From a virus, in IMG/VR virus record IMGVR_UViG_3300021376_002797, positions 1 to 64,000 of that record: a stretch of 64,000 bases of DNA, one strand, 5' to 3'. A program made the translations under genes and the position numbers. Each line of letters opens with the position of its first letter. Positions within the stretch are counted from its first letter, which is position 1. The notes beneath the pieces were generated by a model, which saw nothing but the letters and a program-made list of their open reading frames with translations, did not search any database and was not told the DNA's origin. Below, piece by piece: positions 29,448-39,979 of the stretch.

Positions 29448-32400
29448 ATGGGAAGTTTTAGTTTATCTGGCGGTGTTGAAATTATTGGGTTCATTTCCCC
29501 TACTGATAGTTTAGACACGTATGCTGTTATTGATCCATTATATGGGGTTGATGGGTTCAGGAATGTTAATTTATTAAGTGATTTAGATTTAATACCTGAA
29601 GCAAGAAGACGTGCGGGTATGGTTGTTGGTGTTAGTGGTGGAACATCATATTATAAACTTAATTCTTCGCCTTGGAATTATGACTTTTCTGATTGGTCTG
29701 TTTTTAATACTGGTGGTGGAGTATTCACAGGTGGAACTGTAACAGGTAATACAATTTTTACACAAGGAGTAACTGCAAATACGTTTTCAGCAACTACATA
29801 CGAAAATTTACCTGTAAGTGCAGTTACAAGTGGAACAGGAATATCAGCATCTACAAGTAATGGAACCGTAACAATAACAAATACTGCTCCTGATCAAACA
29901 GTAACAATTAGTGGTGGAACAGGAATCACAACAGGTGGGACATATCCAAACTTTATATTAGTTAACTCAGCACCTGATCAAACTGTTACGATATCAGGAG
30001 GGACGGGAATCACAACAGGTGGGACATATCCAAACTTTACATTAGTTAACTCAGCACCTGATCAAACTGTAACTATTAGTGGTGGCACAAATATACAAAT
30101 TCAGGGGACATATCCAAATTTTGGAATTGACTTTACAGGTACATCAGGATCTTCAGGAACTTCCGGTACTAGTGGAACAGATGGAACATCAGGTTCAAGT
30201 GGATCTTCGGGGACATCAGGATCTTCAGGAACTTCAGGTACTAGCGGAAGTGACGGTACATCAGGAACAAGCGGAACATCAGGTAGCGATGGAACATCAG
30301 GCACTAGTGGAATAGACGGAACATCAGGAACAAGCGGATCTTCTGGAACCAGCGGTAGTGACGGTACTTCAGGCACAAGCGGATCAGATGGTACTTCAGG
30401 AACTTCAGGTTCAGACGGAACTTCGGGTACTTCAGGTTCAGACGGAACTTCGGGTACTTCAGGAACTTCCGGTACTAGTGGTTCGTCTGGTACTAGTGGA
30501 ACAGATGGGACATCAGGTTCAGACGGAACTTCGGGAACATCAGGAACTTCCGGTACTAGTGGTTCGTCTGGTACTAGTGGGACATCAGGATCTTCAGGGA
30601 CAAGTGGTACAGACGGCACAAGCGGAACATCAGGATCTTCAGGAACTTCAGGTACTAGTGGAACATCGGGTACAAGTGGTACTAGTGGAACATCAGGTTC
30701 TAGCGGAACATCAGGATCTTCAGGAACATCAGGATTAGATGGAAGTAGTGGTACATCAGGATTAGATGGAAGTTCAGGTACAAGCGGATTAAATGGAAGT
30801 AGTGGTACTAGTGGTTCAAGTGGAACTAGCGGTTCTTCAGGAACATCAGGATTAGATGGAAGTAGTGGTACTAGTGGTTCAAGTGGAACTAGCGGTTCTT
30901 CAGGAACATCAGGATTAGATGGAAGTAGTGGTACATCAGGTTCAAGTGGCTCAAGTGGCTCAAGTGGTACAAGCGGATTAAATGGAAGTAGCGGTACATC
31001 AGGATTAGATGGAAGTAGTGGTACATCAGGTTCTAGTGGCTCAAGTGGCTCAAGTGGTACAAGCGGATTAAATGGAAGTAGCGGAACTTCAGGTTCAAGT
31101 GGAACTAGCGGTTCTTCAGGAACATCAGGATTAGATGGAAGTAGTGGTACATCAGGTTCTAGCGGTACTAGCGGTTCTTCAGGTACATCAGGATTAAATG
31201 GAAGTAGCGGTACATCAGGTTCTAGCGGAACTTCAGGTTCAAGTGGAACTAGCGGTTCTTCAGGTACATCAGGATTAAATGGAAGTAGCGGTACTAGTGG
31301 TTCAAGTGGCTCAAGCGGATTAAATGGAAGTAGCGGAACTTCAGGTTCTAGCGGAACTTCAGGTACTAGTGGAACATCAGGTATTGATGGAACATCGGGA
31401 ACATCGGGTACAAGTGGAACATCAGGTTCTAGCGGAACATCGGGAACTAGTGGTACTAGTGGAACATCAGGTTCTTCAGGTATTAATGGAACATCGGGAA
31501 CATCGGGTACACGTGGTACTAGTGGGACATCAGGATCTTCAGGGACAAGTGGTACTAGCGGCATATCAGGTAATGATGGGGCAAATTCATCAAGATACAT
31601 TTATGATAATGATGAATCGGCACCTGCAGATCCAGGATCAGCTCATTTTGTTGCCGACACTAACACTATTGGTAGTGTGACAACGTTCTCAATTAGTAAA
31701 GACGATATAAATAATGTCGACTTATATGCGTGGTGGTTAGTTTTAGATGACCAAATTAATAACAAGAATAGACCGGCATTTTTACAAATTATAAGAGTTA
31801 ATGATAATAGTAAATTTGGATATTTTCAAATTGATGGCATTGCTGATCAGGGAACTTATTTTGACTTAACTGTTACGTATTTAGCAGGTAACACGAGCTT
31901 ACTCAATAAAACTGCGTTTACTATAACTTGGAATACGGACGGATCAAATGGAATTGATGGAACTAGTGGTACATCAGGTAGTTCAGGAACAAGTGGTACT
32001 AGTGGAACATCAGGTATTAATGGAACATCGGGAACATCGGGTACACGTGGTACTAGCGGAAGTTCAGGTTCAAGTGGATTATCTGGTATTCATGCGGCAA
32101 GAATTCCAGGATCTGGTGGATTCATAAACGCATTAATGGTAACCAACCAACAGTTACTTTCAGTTGCACAAGGAGTAAATGCACTGAGATGTTTTCCATT
32201 TTTTCCAATGAAAACTTTTACAATAGTTAGTTATTCATTTAATGTTGTTACGGCAGTTGCAAGTTCAAATGCTAGAATATTATTTTATAGTGATCTAAAC
32301 GGCGCTCCTGATACAAAATTACACGAGTCTGCAGACATATCCACAAGTACAACAGGTGTTAAGACAACTTCACAATCATTCACATTCAATGCTGGGACAG

Positions 32401-32618
32401 CCTATTGGCTTTGCATTCAGACAAGTGCAGCTATTACCGTTAGTTGTTTTGGACACGCCGGAGGATTTGGTTGGGCTCAAACAACAGCAGGTACCCAACC
32501 AACAAATAGTATTTTATACACATACGCATTAGGTTCTGCACCATCAACGTTAACAACAACTGGTGCAAGTTATCCCTCAATAGGAGTTAACATTTTGCAA
32601 TTAATATTCACTTTGTAA
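29448..32618 (+). CDS. Collagen-like (Gly-X-Y, Thr/Ser-rich) fibre protein
   Basis: About 480 aa of uninterrupted GTS/GSS/GLD/GLN triplets, plus 28-aa repeats and a globular C-terminus. Confidence 0.85.
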   Translation: MGSFSLSGGVEIIGFISPTDSLDTYAVIDPLYGVDGFRNVNLLSDLDLIPEARRRAGMVVGVSGGTSYYKLNSSPWNYDFSDWSVFNTGGGVFTGGTVTGNTIFTQGVTANTFSATTYENLPVSAVTSGTGISASTSNGTVTITNTAPDQTVTISGGTGITTGGTYPNFILVNSAPDQTVTISGGTGITTGGTYPNFTLVNSAPDQTVTISGGTNIQIQGTYPNFGIDFTGTSGSSGTSGTSGTDGTSGSSGSSGTSGSSGTSGTSGSDGTSGTSGTSGSDGTSGTSGIDGTSGTSGSSGTSGSDGTSGTSGSDGTSGTSGSDGTSGTSGSDGTSGTSGTSGTSGSSGTSGTDGTSGSDGTSGTSGTSGTSGSSGTSGTSGSSGTSGTDGTSGTSGSSGTSGTSGTSGTSGTSGTSGSSGTSGSSGTSGLDGSSGTSGLDGSSGTSGLNGSSGTSGSSGTSGSSGTSGLDGSSGTSGSSGTSGSSGTSGLDGSSGTSGSSGSSGSSGTSGLNGSSGTSGLDGSSGTSGSSGSSGSSGTSGLNGSSGTSGSSGTSGSSGTSGLDGSSGTSGSSGTSGSSGTSGLNGSSGTSGSSGTSGSSGTSGSSGTSGLNGSSGTSGSSGSSGLNGSSGTSGSSGTSGTSGTSGIDGTSGTSGTSGTSGSSGTSGTSGTSGTSGSSGINGTSGTSGTRGTSGTSGSSGTSGTSGISGNDGANSSRYIYDNDESAPADPGSAHFVADTNTIGSVTTFSISKDDINNVDLYAWWLVLDDQINNKNRPAFLQIIRVNDNSKFGYFQIDGIADQGTYFDLTVTYLAGNTSLLNKTAFTITWNTDGSNGIDGTSGTSGSSGTSGTSGTSGINGTSGTSGTRGTSGSSGSSGLSGIHAARIPGSGGFINALMVTNQQLLSVAQGVNALRCFPFFPMKTFTIVSYSFNVVTAVASSNARILFYSDLNGAPDTKLHESADISTSTTGVKTTSQSFTFNAGTAYWLCIQTSAAITVSCFGHAGGFGWAQTTAGTQPTNSILYTYALGSAPSTLTTTGASYPSIGVNILQLIFTL
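29886..30122 (+). repeat. 84-bp (28-aa) repeat x~3, APDQTVTISGGTGITTGGTYPNF
   Basis: Seen directly in the sequence. Confidence 0.9.
30138..31580 (+). repeat. 9-bp-period Gly-X-Y repeat array
   Basis: GTS/GSS triplet codons, synonymously diversified. Confidence 0.95.
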
Positions 32619-32779
32619 TGAAAGTAAGACACGAAATATACGATGAAAATGGACTTGTAAGAGTTGAGTACATTGAAATTGATGAGCCATCTATAGAGGA
32701 GTTGATTGCACAAAAAGAGGCTGAGTTATTGGCAATGTATGAAGAATTAGAAAAATTAAAGAAAAGTAGAGAAGTCTGA
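32618..32779 (+). CDS. 53-aa protein, possible fibre chaperone (not in ORF track)
   Basis: TAATG-coupled to the fibre gene; MKVRHEIYDENGLVRVEYIEIDEPSIEELIAQKEAELLAMYEELEKLKKSREV. Confidence 0.75.
   Translation: MKVRHEIYDENGLVRVEYIEIDEPSIEELIAQKEAELLAMYEELEKLKKSREV
32711..32772 (+). repeat. Direct repeat, copy 1 (partner at 38268-38329)
   Basis: Identical 29-mer GCAATGTATGAAGAATTAGAAAAATTAAA within a ~62-bp similar block. Confidence 0.85.
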
Positions 32780-32781
32780 CA

Positions 32782-35064
32782 TTATTGATTTATAATTTTT
32801 TCTATTTCCGAAATGACCATTTCGGAAGTTATTTCTTTAGTACACTCAAATTGTCTATCAGTCCCTTTATGGTAAGGGCACCAATTCCAATCTCCGGCAT
32901 TTAGTTTTTCTTTATTAAAACAACCGTGACAAACGTTTTCATTAATAACCCTGTGACAATTTGATGACATTTCTGCAAACTTTTCACTAAAACCTGAAAT
33001 TAACACTACAGGTAAGTCACATGCCCAAGCCAACCATGATAGTCCTGAACCTAAACCAATGAAGAATTCACACGATGGAAAATCCTCAATAAGTTCTTCT
33101 AACTTGTTACCTTTAAATTTAGTTGTACCCATCGGGTAAAAATTATCCATATAACCATCTTCTTCTTTGGAATAAACCATGACTTCGTAACCAAGATTTC
33201 TTAAATAATTTACCACTTCTTGCCAACCACTTGGGTTATTCCAATATTTTGCCTGTGTTGTAGATTGCATACCTATACCTACCTTTTTCTTTTTTGGTGC
33301 TTTACTTTTTTTTACGAGTGGTTTAACCTCATTATATTCCAAACCTAAAATATCAGAGGCTGTCTGTTGTAAAGGAATACTTTTAAAATCATTTGGGTGT
33401 AAGTTTTTGTTATAGTAATCACCATCATAGAACCAACCAATTCTATATATCGCATAAATATTATGAACCGACTCACCTGGATTAACAAACTTTATGTGTG
33501 GATATTGATCAATAAAAAGATGGTTCAAAAATGTCGAAACTATTAATTCACAGTTATGTTTTTTTCTAAATTCATCAACATAAGGTATCCAAGCTAGCGA
33601 GTCACCTAAAGCAGAAGATTCAAAAGTTATCAAAACTCTTTGACCGGCAAGGTCTAAATCATATTCAAACCTATCTTCGTCATTCTCAGCAATTATTTTC
33701 CACGGAACAAAATACTGAAGACTTGTTTTAGCCCAGGTATTATTTTGTAAAGTCAAATTATAAACTACTTTTTGATTTTCAGTATCAATAAACTTAACAT
33801 CAAAATCTTTTAGGGTATCTTTAATTTCTAAAAACGCGCCATCGTGAAACAATACTGAAAATTTTGGCTTAAGTTTTTTTATAGATTTGTTTGAGTTTAT
33901 GTTATTATAAAAATCAACTAATTTATCTTTAAATTTAGCCTCATCATTTACTCCTACTTCTGTTCTATAGATTATTTTATTTATGTTATCAGCAATATCA
34001 CACTCTTTTACACAGTGAAATAATAGTATATCATCCTTATCAAACGGAATATGAGATTGGCTAAAATGACCCAATCCCCAATCATTCATATCAAGTAGAA
34101 AGTCTCCTGTTAAATTTGGATGTTGATAGAAAAAATTAACATCTTTTTCATTTCTAACATTCAGACCAACAGTAACAAGGTTTGGTGGCATTTTATGTTT
34201 CCAAAGTAGACAATTTAATAAAAGCTCATCGTGCAGAAACTCTGTTTTTCTAATTACTTGTATCTCATCAGAAAAACATATTTGTTTCCATTCCCTAAAC
34301 AGCTCTAAGTGAGTATGGTTGAATATAACTAAAAATGTTATACCATTAGGATAAGGTTGTTTGAAATTTTCTTGTTGAAATCCCATAAACTCAGAGACTT
34401 GTGGCCCTGGAATATACATACCATTAGTAATTACATAATTCCATCTTTGTTTTTGTATTATTGGACCTTCTGTAATATGAGGAATATCAAATAACGAATC
34501 TATATTAGGTCTAACTAAAATATCGGAATCAATAAATACTGCTTTTTGAACCCCTCTCTCAATCGAATCAATAAAACAAGGAGGTTTCATAAACTGCATA
34601 TACTGTGGATCCGACTCACCGTCAAAGTCTAATCTAATATTAGTAAGATTGGTAGATTTAATCCCACTATCATAATTTATGTTATAATGAATTATTGGGA
34701 TATTTGAATATCTTTCCAAACCATCAATCAATTTTTGAGTAATCCCCTCATACTTATCATTTGATATTAGTATATAAGCCTTTTCAATACCAATTGAAAC
34801 ATAATCATCTATCACCTTTACACCATTTTCATATACTCTTAAGTTCATTTTATTTTCTAAATCAACAGAATGAAATGGTGTATAGTTTAAGTCAATTATA
34901 ATTTCTTGATTTGATTCAAAAGTATAATCATTAAATATTTTACTTTGATATGAAATACTTGTTAAAACCACTTTAGATTTTACCGAATAACTTCTTAAAT
35001 TAGTAATGGAAAGTTTATTATCTACTAATCTATATTTATATAACTTGCTCTGCATAAATAACAC
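32782..35064 (-). CDS. GT-A-like domain fused to a TibC/AAH-like (autotransporter) O-heptosyltransferase
   Basis: FIDSD; SALGDSLAWIPY; FFIGLGSGLSWLAW; CHGC...WCP...FEC Fe-binding Cys pattern. Confidence 0.85.
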   Translation of the reverse strand: MLFMQSKLYKYRLVDNKLSITNLRSYSVKSKVVLTSISYQSKIFNDYTFESNQEIIIDLNYTPFHSVDLENKMNLRVYENGVKVIDDYVSIGIEKAYILISNDKYEGITQKLIDGLERYSNIPIIHYNINYDSGIKSTNLTNIRLDFDGESDPQYMQFMKPPCFIDSIERGVQKAVFIDSDILVRPNIDSLFDIPHITEGPIIQKQRWNYVITNGMYIPGPQVSEFMGFQQENFKQPYPNGITFLVIFNHTHLELFREWKQICFSDEIQVIRKTEFLHDELLLNCLLWKHKMPPNLVTVGLNVRNEKDVNFFYQHPNLTGDFLLDMNDWGLGHFSQSHIPFDKDDILLFHCVKECDIADNINKIIYRTEVGVNDEAKFKDKLVDFYNNINSNKSIKKLKPKFSVLFHDGAFLEIKDTLKDFDVKFIDTENQKVVYNLTLQNNTWAKTSLQYFVPWKIIAENDEDRFEYDLDLAGQRVLITFESSALGDSLAWIPYVDEFRKKHNCELIVSTFLNHLFIDQYPHIKFVNPGESVHNIYAIYRIGWFYDGDYYNKNLHPNDFKSIPLQQTASDILGLEYNEVKPLVKKSKAPKKKKVGIGMQSTTQAKYWNNPSGWQEVVNYLRNLGYEVMVYSKEEDGYMDNFYPMGTTKFKGNKLEELIEDFPSCEFFIGLGSGLSWLAWACDLPVVLISGFSEKFAEMSSNCHRVINENVCHGCFNKEKLNAGDWNWCPYHKGTDRQFECTKEITSEMVISEIEKIINQ

Positions 35065-36610
35065 CCATTTTATTTTCTATAATATAATCACCACAAGAAG
35101 GACTCCACTTAGATAATTTAAATTTAAAATTATTCTTTGTTAGTTTAGTAATTATATCCATTGCTTTATAATCATCATTATTATGATATTCTATAATAAA
35201 TCTTTTAACCTTTTTGATATTTTCATCTGTTATTGATTCAAAAAAATCATACTCAGCTCCTTCTATGTCAATCTTCATTAAATCAATGAAATCTTCATCA
35301 ACATAATCTTCAATGAATTTATTTGGAGTAATTGATTCAACAACTACTTTTTTACGATCGAGATTATTACCATTAGCATCAACTTCATATAAAGAAGAAA
35401 CAACAGAACCGATTCCAGGACTTAAATAAAATTCAATTTCACCGTTTTTGTTTGATATTGCCTTATCTATTATTCTAATTTTAGAGTTATTACTCCATAG
35501 TTTATTTAAAATATCTACATTAGTAGAATCAGCCTCGACCATATAAGTTTTAATTCCTCTTTCAACAAAAGAAATACTTGACATTCCATAATTTGCACCA
35601 ATATCAACATAATTTTTTATCAAAGTTATATCAAAGTCAAAAACATCATAGATACTCATATCATTAAAATCAGAAAACTCGTTAAATTTAACTTCTTTAT
35701 CTTTAATTAATTTAAACTTTTTTGATAAAGGATGCTTCCAATAAAAATCTTTGACTGAAATATTTTTAACAATAGTCTTTTCTTCTGTATAAATTTCCAA
35801 ATAGTATCCATTTTTTGAACTTTTAACATTATGCATAAATGGAGGAACAATCCAAAAAGTAACTCCATTTGACAATCCAAAATCTCTATTTAAATAAATA
35901 CAAACATCCGTGTAATAGTCAAAAATTCTTAAATGATACTCGCCATCAAGTGTAGATTTAATGAAAAATCTTTCTTCATCTTCTGAATACCAAAATTCAA
36001 CCTGACCATAATCATAAAATAGTCTATCAATTTTATTAACTCCATAAAATGATTTCTTATCAGAAAATGAATATATTCTACTTAATAAATTTTTTCTTCT
36101 CAAATCATACTCCCAACAGTTTTCTAATACATTATTTATAGAAAACATCTCATCAACCGTCTTATAAAATGTTATGTTTTCTAATAAGAAACCAACATTA
36201 GAATAAAAAGAGTTTGTGCATATCACATTACTTCCCCAATTACAGGAAACAAAATCACAACCATCTACTCTCCATTTTAGAAACTCATTAACATCATTAA
36301 TTTCTATATCATAAGTTGCTTTATAAGTCCAGTCTATATTTTGTTCCTTTAAATGATTTAATGAAATTTCAATTAAATTGCTTTCAGCCACTCCATGTGA
36401 ATACTTTCTATCATCTACTATGTTTTTTGATTGGTAAAAATACCAATCACAAAGAGATTGTAGTTCAACATCAACAGGTGAGTGACTGGCTAATATTAAA
36501 TAATAGTTTTCTCTTGATAGAATTCTAATATTTTCTTTTAATATTTCCAAACCCTCTTTGGAGTTGTGAAAATAAGTAACGATAAATCCGGTTTTAGTGT
36601 CTGTCTTCAT
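35036..36610 (-). CDS. FkbM-family methyltransferase with N-terminal GT-like domain
   Basis: VDIGANYG, MVEAD, IDLMKIDIEGAEY, IEYH. Confidence 0.88.
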   Translation of the reverse strand: MKTDTKTGFIVTYFHNSKEGLEILKENIRILSRENYYLILASHSPVDVELQSLCDWYFYQSKNIVDDRKYSHGVAESNLIEISLNHLKEQNIDWTYKATYDIEINDVNEFLKWRVDGCDFVSCNWGSNVICTNSFYSNVGFLLENITFYKTVDEMFSINNVLENCWEYDLRRKNLLSRIYSFSDKKSFYGVNKIDRLFYDYGQVEFWYSEDEERFFIKSTLDGEYHLRIFDYYTDVCIYLNRDFGLSNGVTFWIVPPFMHNVKSSKNGYYLEIYTEEKTIVKNISVKDFYWKHPLSKKFKLIKDKEVKFNEFSDFNDMSIYDVFDFDITLIKNYVDIGANYGMSSISFVERGIKTYMVEADSTNVDILNKLWSNNSKIRIIDKAISNKNGEIEFYLSPGIGSVVSSLYEVDANGNNLDRKKVVVESITPNKFIEDYVDEDFIDLMKIDIEGAEYDFFESITDENIKKVKRFIIEYHNNDDYKAMDIITKLTKNNFKFKLSKWSPSCGDYIIENKMGVIYAEQVI

Positions 36611-38222
36611 TGTGAATTTTATCTAAAATTGAATAGCCAGCCGATTGTTTAGTAACTGGAAACTCAAATATTCCTGTTTTATACTGATTTAATTTTTCAG
36701 AAAACAATAAATCAGTTACATTCCATTTACAAGTCTGATACATATTATCAATAACCTCAAATGAACGTTTTGGTATTATATAAGCGTGTGCTCCGTAAAA
36801 TTTATTAACAATCCAATAGTCCTGTTTTTTATCAACAATGTTAGTATTATTATGAAAACCAAAGGAGAACATCAATAACTCCTCATTATTGTTAAGAACT
36901 TCACAAGCAAAATTCATTTTTTTAATAAACTCAGTATAACTAACATCAATAACAGCATCACACTCAAAAATTAGTATAAAATCACTATCAGTGTTTATAC
37001 CCTGATAAAAAGCTGATTTATGAGCCAAATAACAACCATAATGACCAGGTGTTAATTTACCACCAGGTTCCAAAGAAATCTTATCGGGATATTCACAGTT
37101 TTCAGCAGGAGGTAATTCAGTATATCTCTTGTTGATACAAGTGTTATAAGTTATTCCATAGTCAGAAAGTTTTGATAAGGAAATTAAAGAAGAAATTTCT
37201 CTATCACTATCAATATCGGTTAACATGTGGTAGGCTGATGTTTTGAAATTTTCTTTAGACTGCGCTACTTCTTTAGACTGGATTTTTTTAGTCTGTGATT
37301 TTATACCTAAACTATGTTTGATTTTTTCAACATTTTCTTGTTTATTAGTTGATAAAAAACTAATATTTGGGTTATCGAAAATATTTGAATAATTTGGTAA
37401 CCACTTCATTAAAATTGGTAAATTATAGTTAAGTGCCTCAGTTATACATAATGGTTTATTCTCGAGATTCGAGGTAAATAAAAACAAATCACAAATAGTG
37501 TAAAATTTATAAACATCAGACCGCTCGCCCCAAACTCGGCAATTAGTAGGTTTATTTTCCATAAGTGGTTTCCAATATGACTCAAAATTTCCTGCTTGAT
37601 TTCCTAAAAAGTGAAACTGAACACTATCATCAAAACTTCTAGCTATTTCAAATATTTCTGCTTGATTTTTTCCAGGAGTAAATAGACCAACATTTAAGAC
37701 ATGTTTTTTGTTTGTATCAAGTCCTAATTCTGTTAAAAACATTCTTTTAATTTCATCACTTTTAACAGGATATTCAATTAAGTCAAAGTCTGAGGACTTG
37801 TCAAAATATTGAAATAAATTATACTTTGAAACAAAAAGAGATTTATCAGGAGTCGTAATTTTTTCAGAATGGTTGAATAAAGTTCCGTGAGTAGTTTCAC
37901 AAATCTTATAGTCTGACTTGTATAGTATATCTAAATATTGATGAGGTATAAAAGTTTCAGGAAACTCTTCAAAGTGTATAACATCTGGTTTTATTTCATC
38001 AACAACAGAAATAAACTTTTGTTTATCATCCATTGTAATTAATTTATTTCCAAGCAAAGACTGTATTTGAGTTCTCTGAACGACCAGTTGGCCTCCGGTT
38101 ATATTATCCCATTCAATACACCAAATATCAAATTCGTTATTTAAAACTTCTATTTTTTTTAATAAAAATTGAGGCAAACCACCTGTTGAAAGGTGTGGTG
38201 CGATGAAAAGGATCTTTTTCAT
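36594..38222 (-). CDS. GT4-like glycosyltransferase fused to a GT25-like domain
   Basis: PHLSTGGLPQ, NVGLFTPGKNQ, ENKPLCITEAL; GHYGCYLAH, LIFECDA, GAHAYII. Confidence 0.85.
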   Translation of the reverse strand: MKKILFIAPHLSTGGLPQFLLKKIEVLNNEFDIWCIEWDNITGGQLVVQRTQIQSLLGNKLITMDDKQKFISVVDEIKPDVIHFEEFPETFIPHQYLDILYKSDYKICETTHGTLFNHSEKITTPDKSLFVSKYNLFQYFDKSSDFDLIEYPVKSDEIKRMFLTELGLDTNKKHVLNVGLFTPGKNQAEIFEIARSFDDSVQFHFLGNQAGNFESYWKPLMENKPTNCRVWGERSDVYKFYTICDLFLFTSNLENKPLCITEALNYNLPILMKWLPNYSNIFDNPNISFLSTNKQENVEKIKHSLGIKSQTKKIQSKEVAQSKENFKTSAYHMLTDIDSDREISSLISLSKLSDYGITYNTCINKRYTELPPAENCEYPDKISLEPGGKLTPGHYGCYLAHKSAFYQGINTDSDFILIFECDAVIDVSYTEFIKKMNFACEVLNNNEELLMFSFGFHNNTNIVDKKQDYWIVNKFYGAHAYIIPKRSFEVIDNMYQTCKWNVTDLLFSEKLNQYKTGIFEFPVTKQSAGYSILDKIHNEDRH

Positions 38223-38267
38223 AATAAAAATATATAAAAAAACAAAGGTAAAACAAAGTATTTATCT

Positions 38268-38329
38268 CAAAAAGATGCAGAACTTTTAGCAATGTATGAA
38301 GAATTAGAAAAATTAAAAAAAAGTAGAGA
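38268..38329 (+). repeat. Direct repeat, copy 2 (orphan 3' end of the 53-aa gene)
   Basis: Reads QKDAELLAMYEELEKLKKSRDE-stop but lacks the 5' part of the gene. Confidence 0.85.
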
Positions 38330-38389
38330 TGAATAAAAGTAGAGATATTTGATATTTTATTTTCTTGTGTATTTATTAAATAAAGTTTT

Positions 38390-39421
38390 ATGGCTGACAA
38401 AAAAATATCTGAATTACCATATATTAGTGGTGGTCAAATTTCAGGAAACACTCTTGTTCCTTTAGTTACGTATTTTAGTGCGGTGTCAGGGAATACTGTA
38501 CACACATATGTTTCAGATTTAGAAAATTATTTAACAAGTGGTATTACTGTTAGTGGTAATTATTTACCATTAAGTGGTGGGACAGTAACAGGTAGCACGA
38601 GTTTCCAAAGTGGATTAACGGCAACAACAATATCTGCAACAACGTATTTAAATTTACCACAATTTAGTGGAGGTTCAGGAAACTGTATAAATGATTTTTA
38701 TGTGTCAAATATTCATTCGTGTTCACCATTAAGAATTAATCCGTTAAACGAAGGTAATGTTTATTTTGGGTTAACAAGTGGTATAACAATAGATCTAACA
38801 AACACTAGATTAGGTATTGGAACCGAGACACCTTCAGCAAACCTTGATGTTAGTGGAAAAATAAAAACAACAAATTTCCAAATGACATCAGGGGCAACCA
38901 ATGGATATGTTTTAACATCGGACGCAAGTGGTAATGCGAGTTGGCAAACATCAAGTGGTGGGTCGTTTATTAGTGGTAATCGAGGGGCTTTTTTATCAAC
39001 GCAAGATCAAATTATTGCAAGTGCAGGACAGTTAAAATCTGTAAGTGCTGACACAACGGTTGTTAGTTCAGGTATTACATTATCTGCAAATACTAGATAC
39101 ATAATTTCTAATGTTGGAAATTATAATATACAATATACGGTTCAAGTACAAAAAACTTCACCAGTATTATCAAACACATATATATGGATGCAAAAAAATG
39201 GAACGGATATTGCAAATTCAACAACTATTACAACATTAACAGGGGATACCATATTTAGAGTTGTTACAAAAAACTTTATAGAAACTGTAACCACACCAAA
39301 CACATATTATGAGTTATATTGGACCTCAGACGATAACGACACACAACTTGGTAAGGAAACAACACCACCATATGGTATTCCGGCATCACCATCAGTTTAT
39401 GTGACCATTAATCAAATTTAA
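38390..39421 (+). CDS. Tail-fibre-like structural protein
   Basis: MADKKISELP, YLPLSGGTVTG, LGIGTETPSANLDVSG, GYVLTSDASGNASW. Confidence 0.75.
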   Translation: MADKKISELPYISGGQISGNTLVPLVTYFSAVSGNTVHTYVSDLENYLTSGITVSGNYLPLSGGTVTGSTSFQSGLTATTISATTYLNLPQFSGGSGNCINDFYVSNIHSCSPLRINPLNEGNVYFGLTSGITIDLTNTRLGIGTETPSANLDVSGKIKTTNFQMTSGATNGYVLTSDASGNASWQTSSGGSFISGNRGAFLSTQDQIIASAGQLKSVSADTTVVSSGITLSANTRYIISNVGNYNIQYTVQVQKTSPVLSNTYIWMQKNGTDIANSTTITTLTGDTIFRVVTKNFIETVTTPNTYYELYWTSDDNDTQLGKETTPPYGIPASPSVYVTINQI

Positions 39422-39472
39422 AAAATATGATATTTAACTTCATTTATTTTTATATTTTCATATTTTTAATTT

Positions 39473-39952
39473 ATGAAAATATTTGTTCAAATTGCGTCAT
39501 ATAGAGATCCTGAATTACTGCCCACAATTAGGGATTGTATAAGTAAGGCAAAATATCCTGAAAACTTAACTTTCTGTATTTGTTGGTAAAGAGACGAAAC
39601 AGAATCAATGGAAGAATTTACAAATGATGATAGATTTAAAATATTAGACTATCATTGGACACAAAGTAAAGGACTTTGTTGGGCTCGTTCAGAAATTCAA
39701 AAATTATGGAATAGTGAAGAATACACTATGCAATTGGATTCACACCATAGATTTATAGTAAATTGGGATGAAGAGTTAATTGAAATGATAAAAATGACAG
39801 GCTCAGAAAAACCAATTATCACATCATATGCAGGCATGTATCGACCATCAGACAATCAATTATTAAATATTGAACCATACAAAATGAATGCGTCTAATTT
39901 CACACTAGGAGAGACAATTCTTTTTATGTTAAAACAAATACCTCTTGGGTAA
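39473..39952 (+). pseudogene. Disrupted GlcNAc-transferase (Skp1 Gnt1/GT60-like)
   Basis: MKIFVQIASYRDPEL...W-stop(39587)-RDE...KGLCWAR...QLDSHHRF; also truncated at the C-terminus. Confidence 0.75.
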
Positions 39953-39979
39953 AATTTACAGGACTAACATCGTGATAGG

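Noticed and set aside
30138-31580. CRISPR array or non-coding satellite
   Set aside because: In-frame coding triplets with synonymous variation and no unique spacers
30101-31600. 499-aa antisense Pro/Val/Asp-rich ORF and off-frame plus-strand ORFs
   Set aside because: Shadow frames of the Gly-Thr-Ser repeat codons
38137-38400. 87-aa minus-strand ORF
   Set aside because: Low-complexity antisense frame across the repeat and intergenic region
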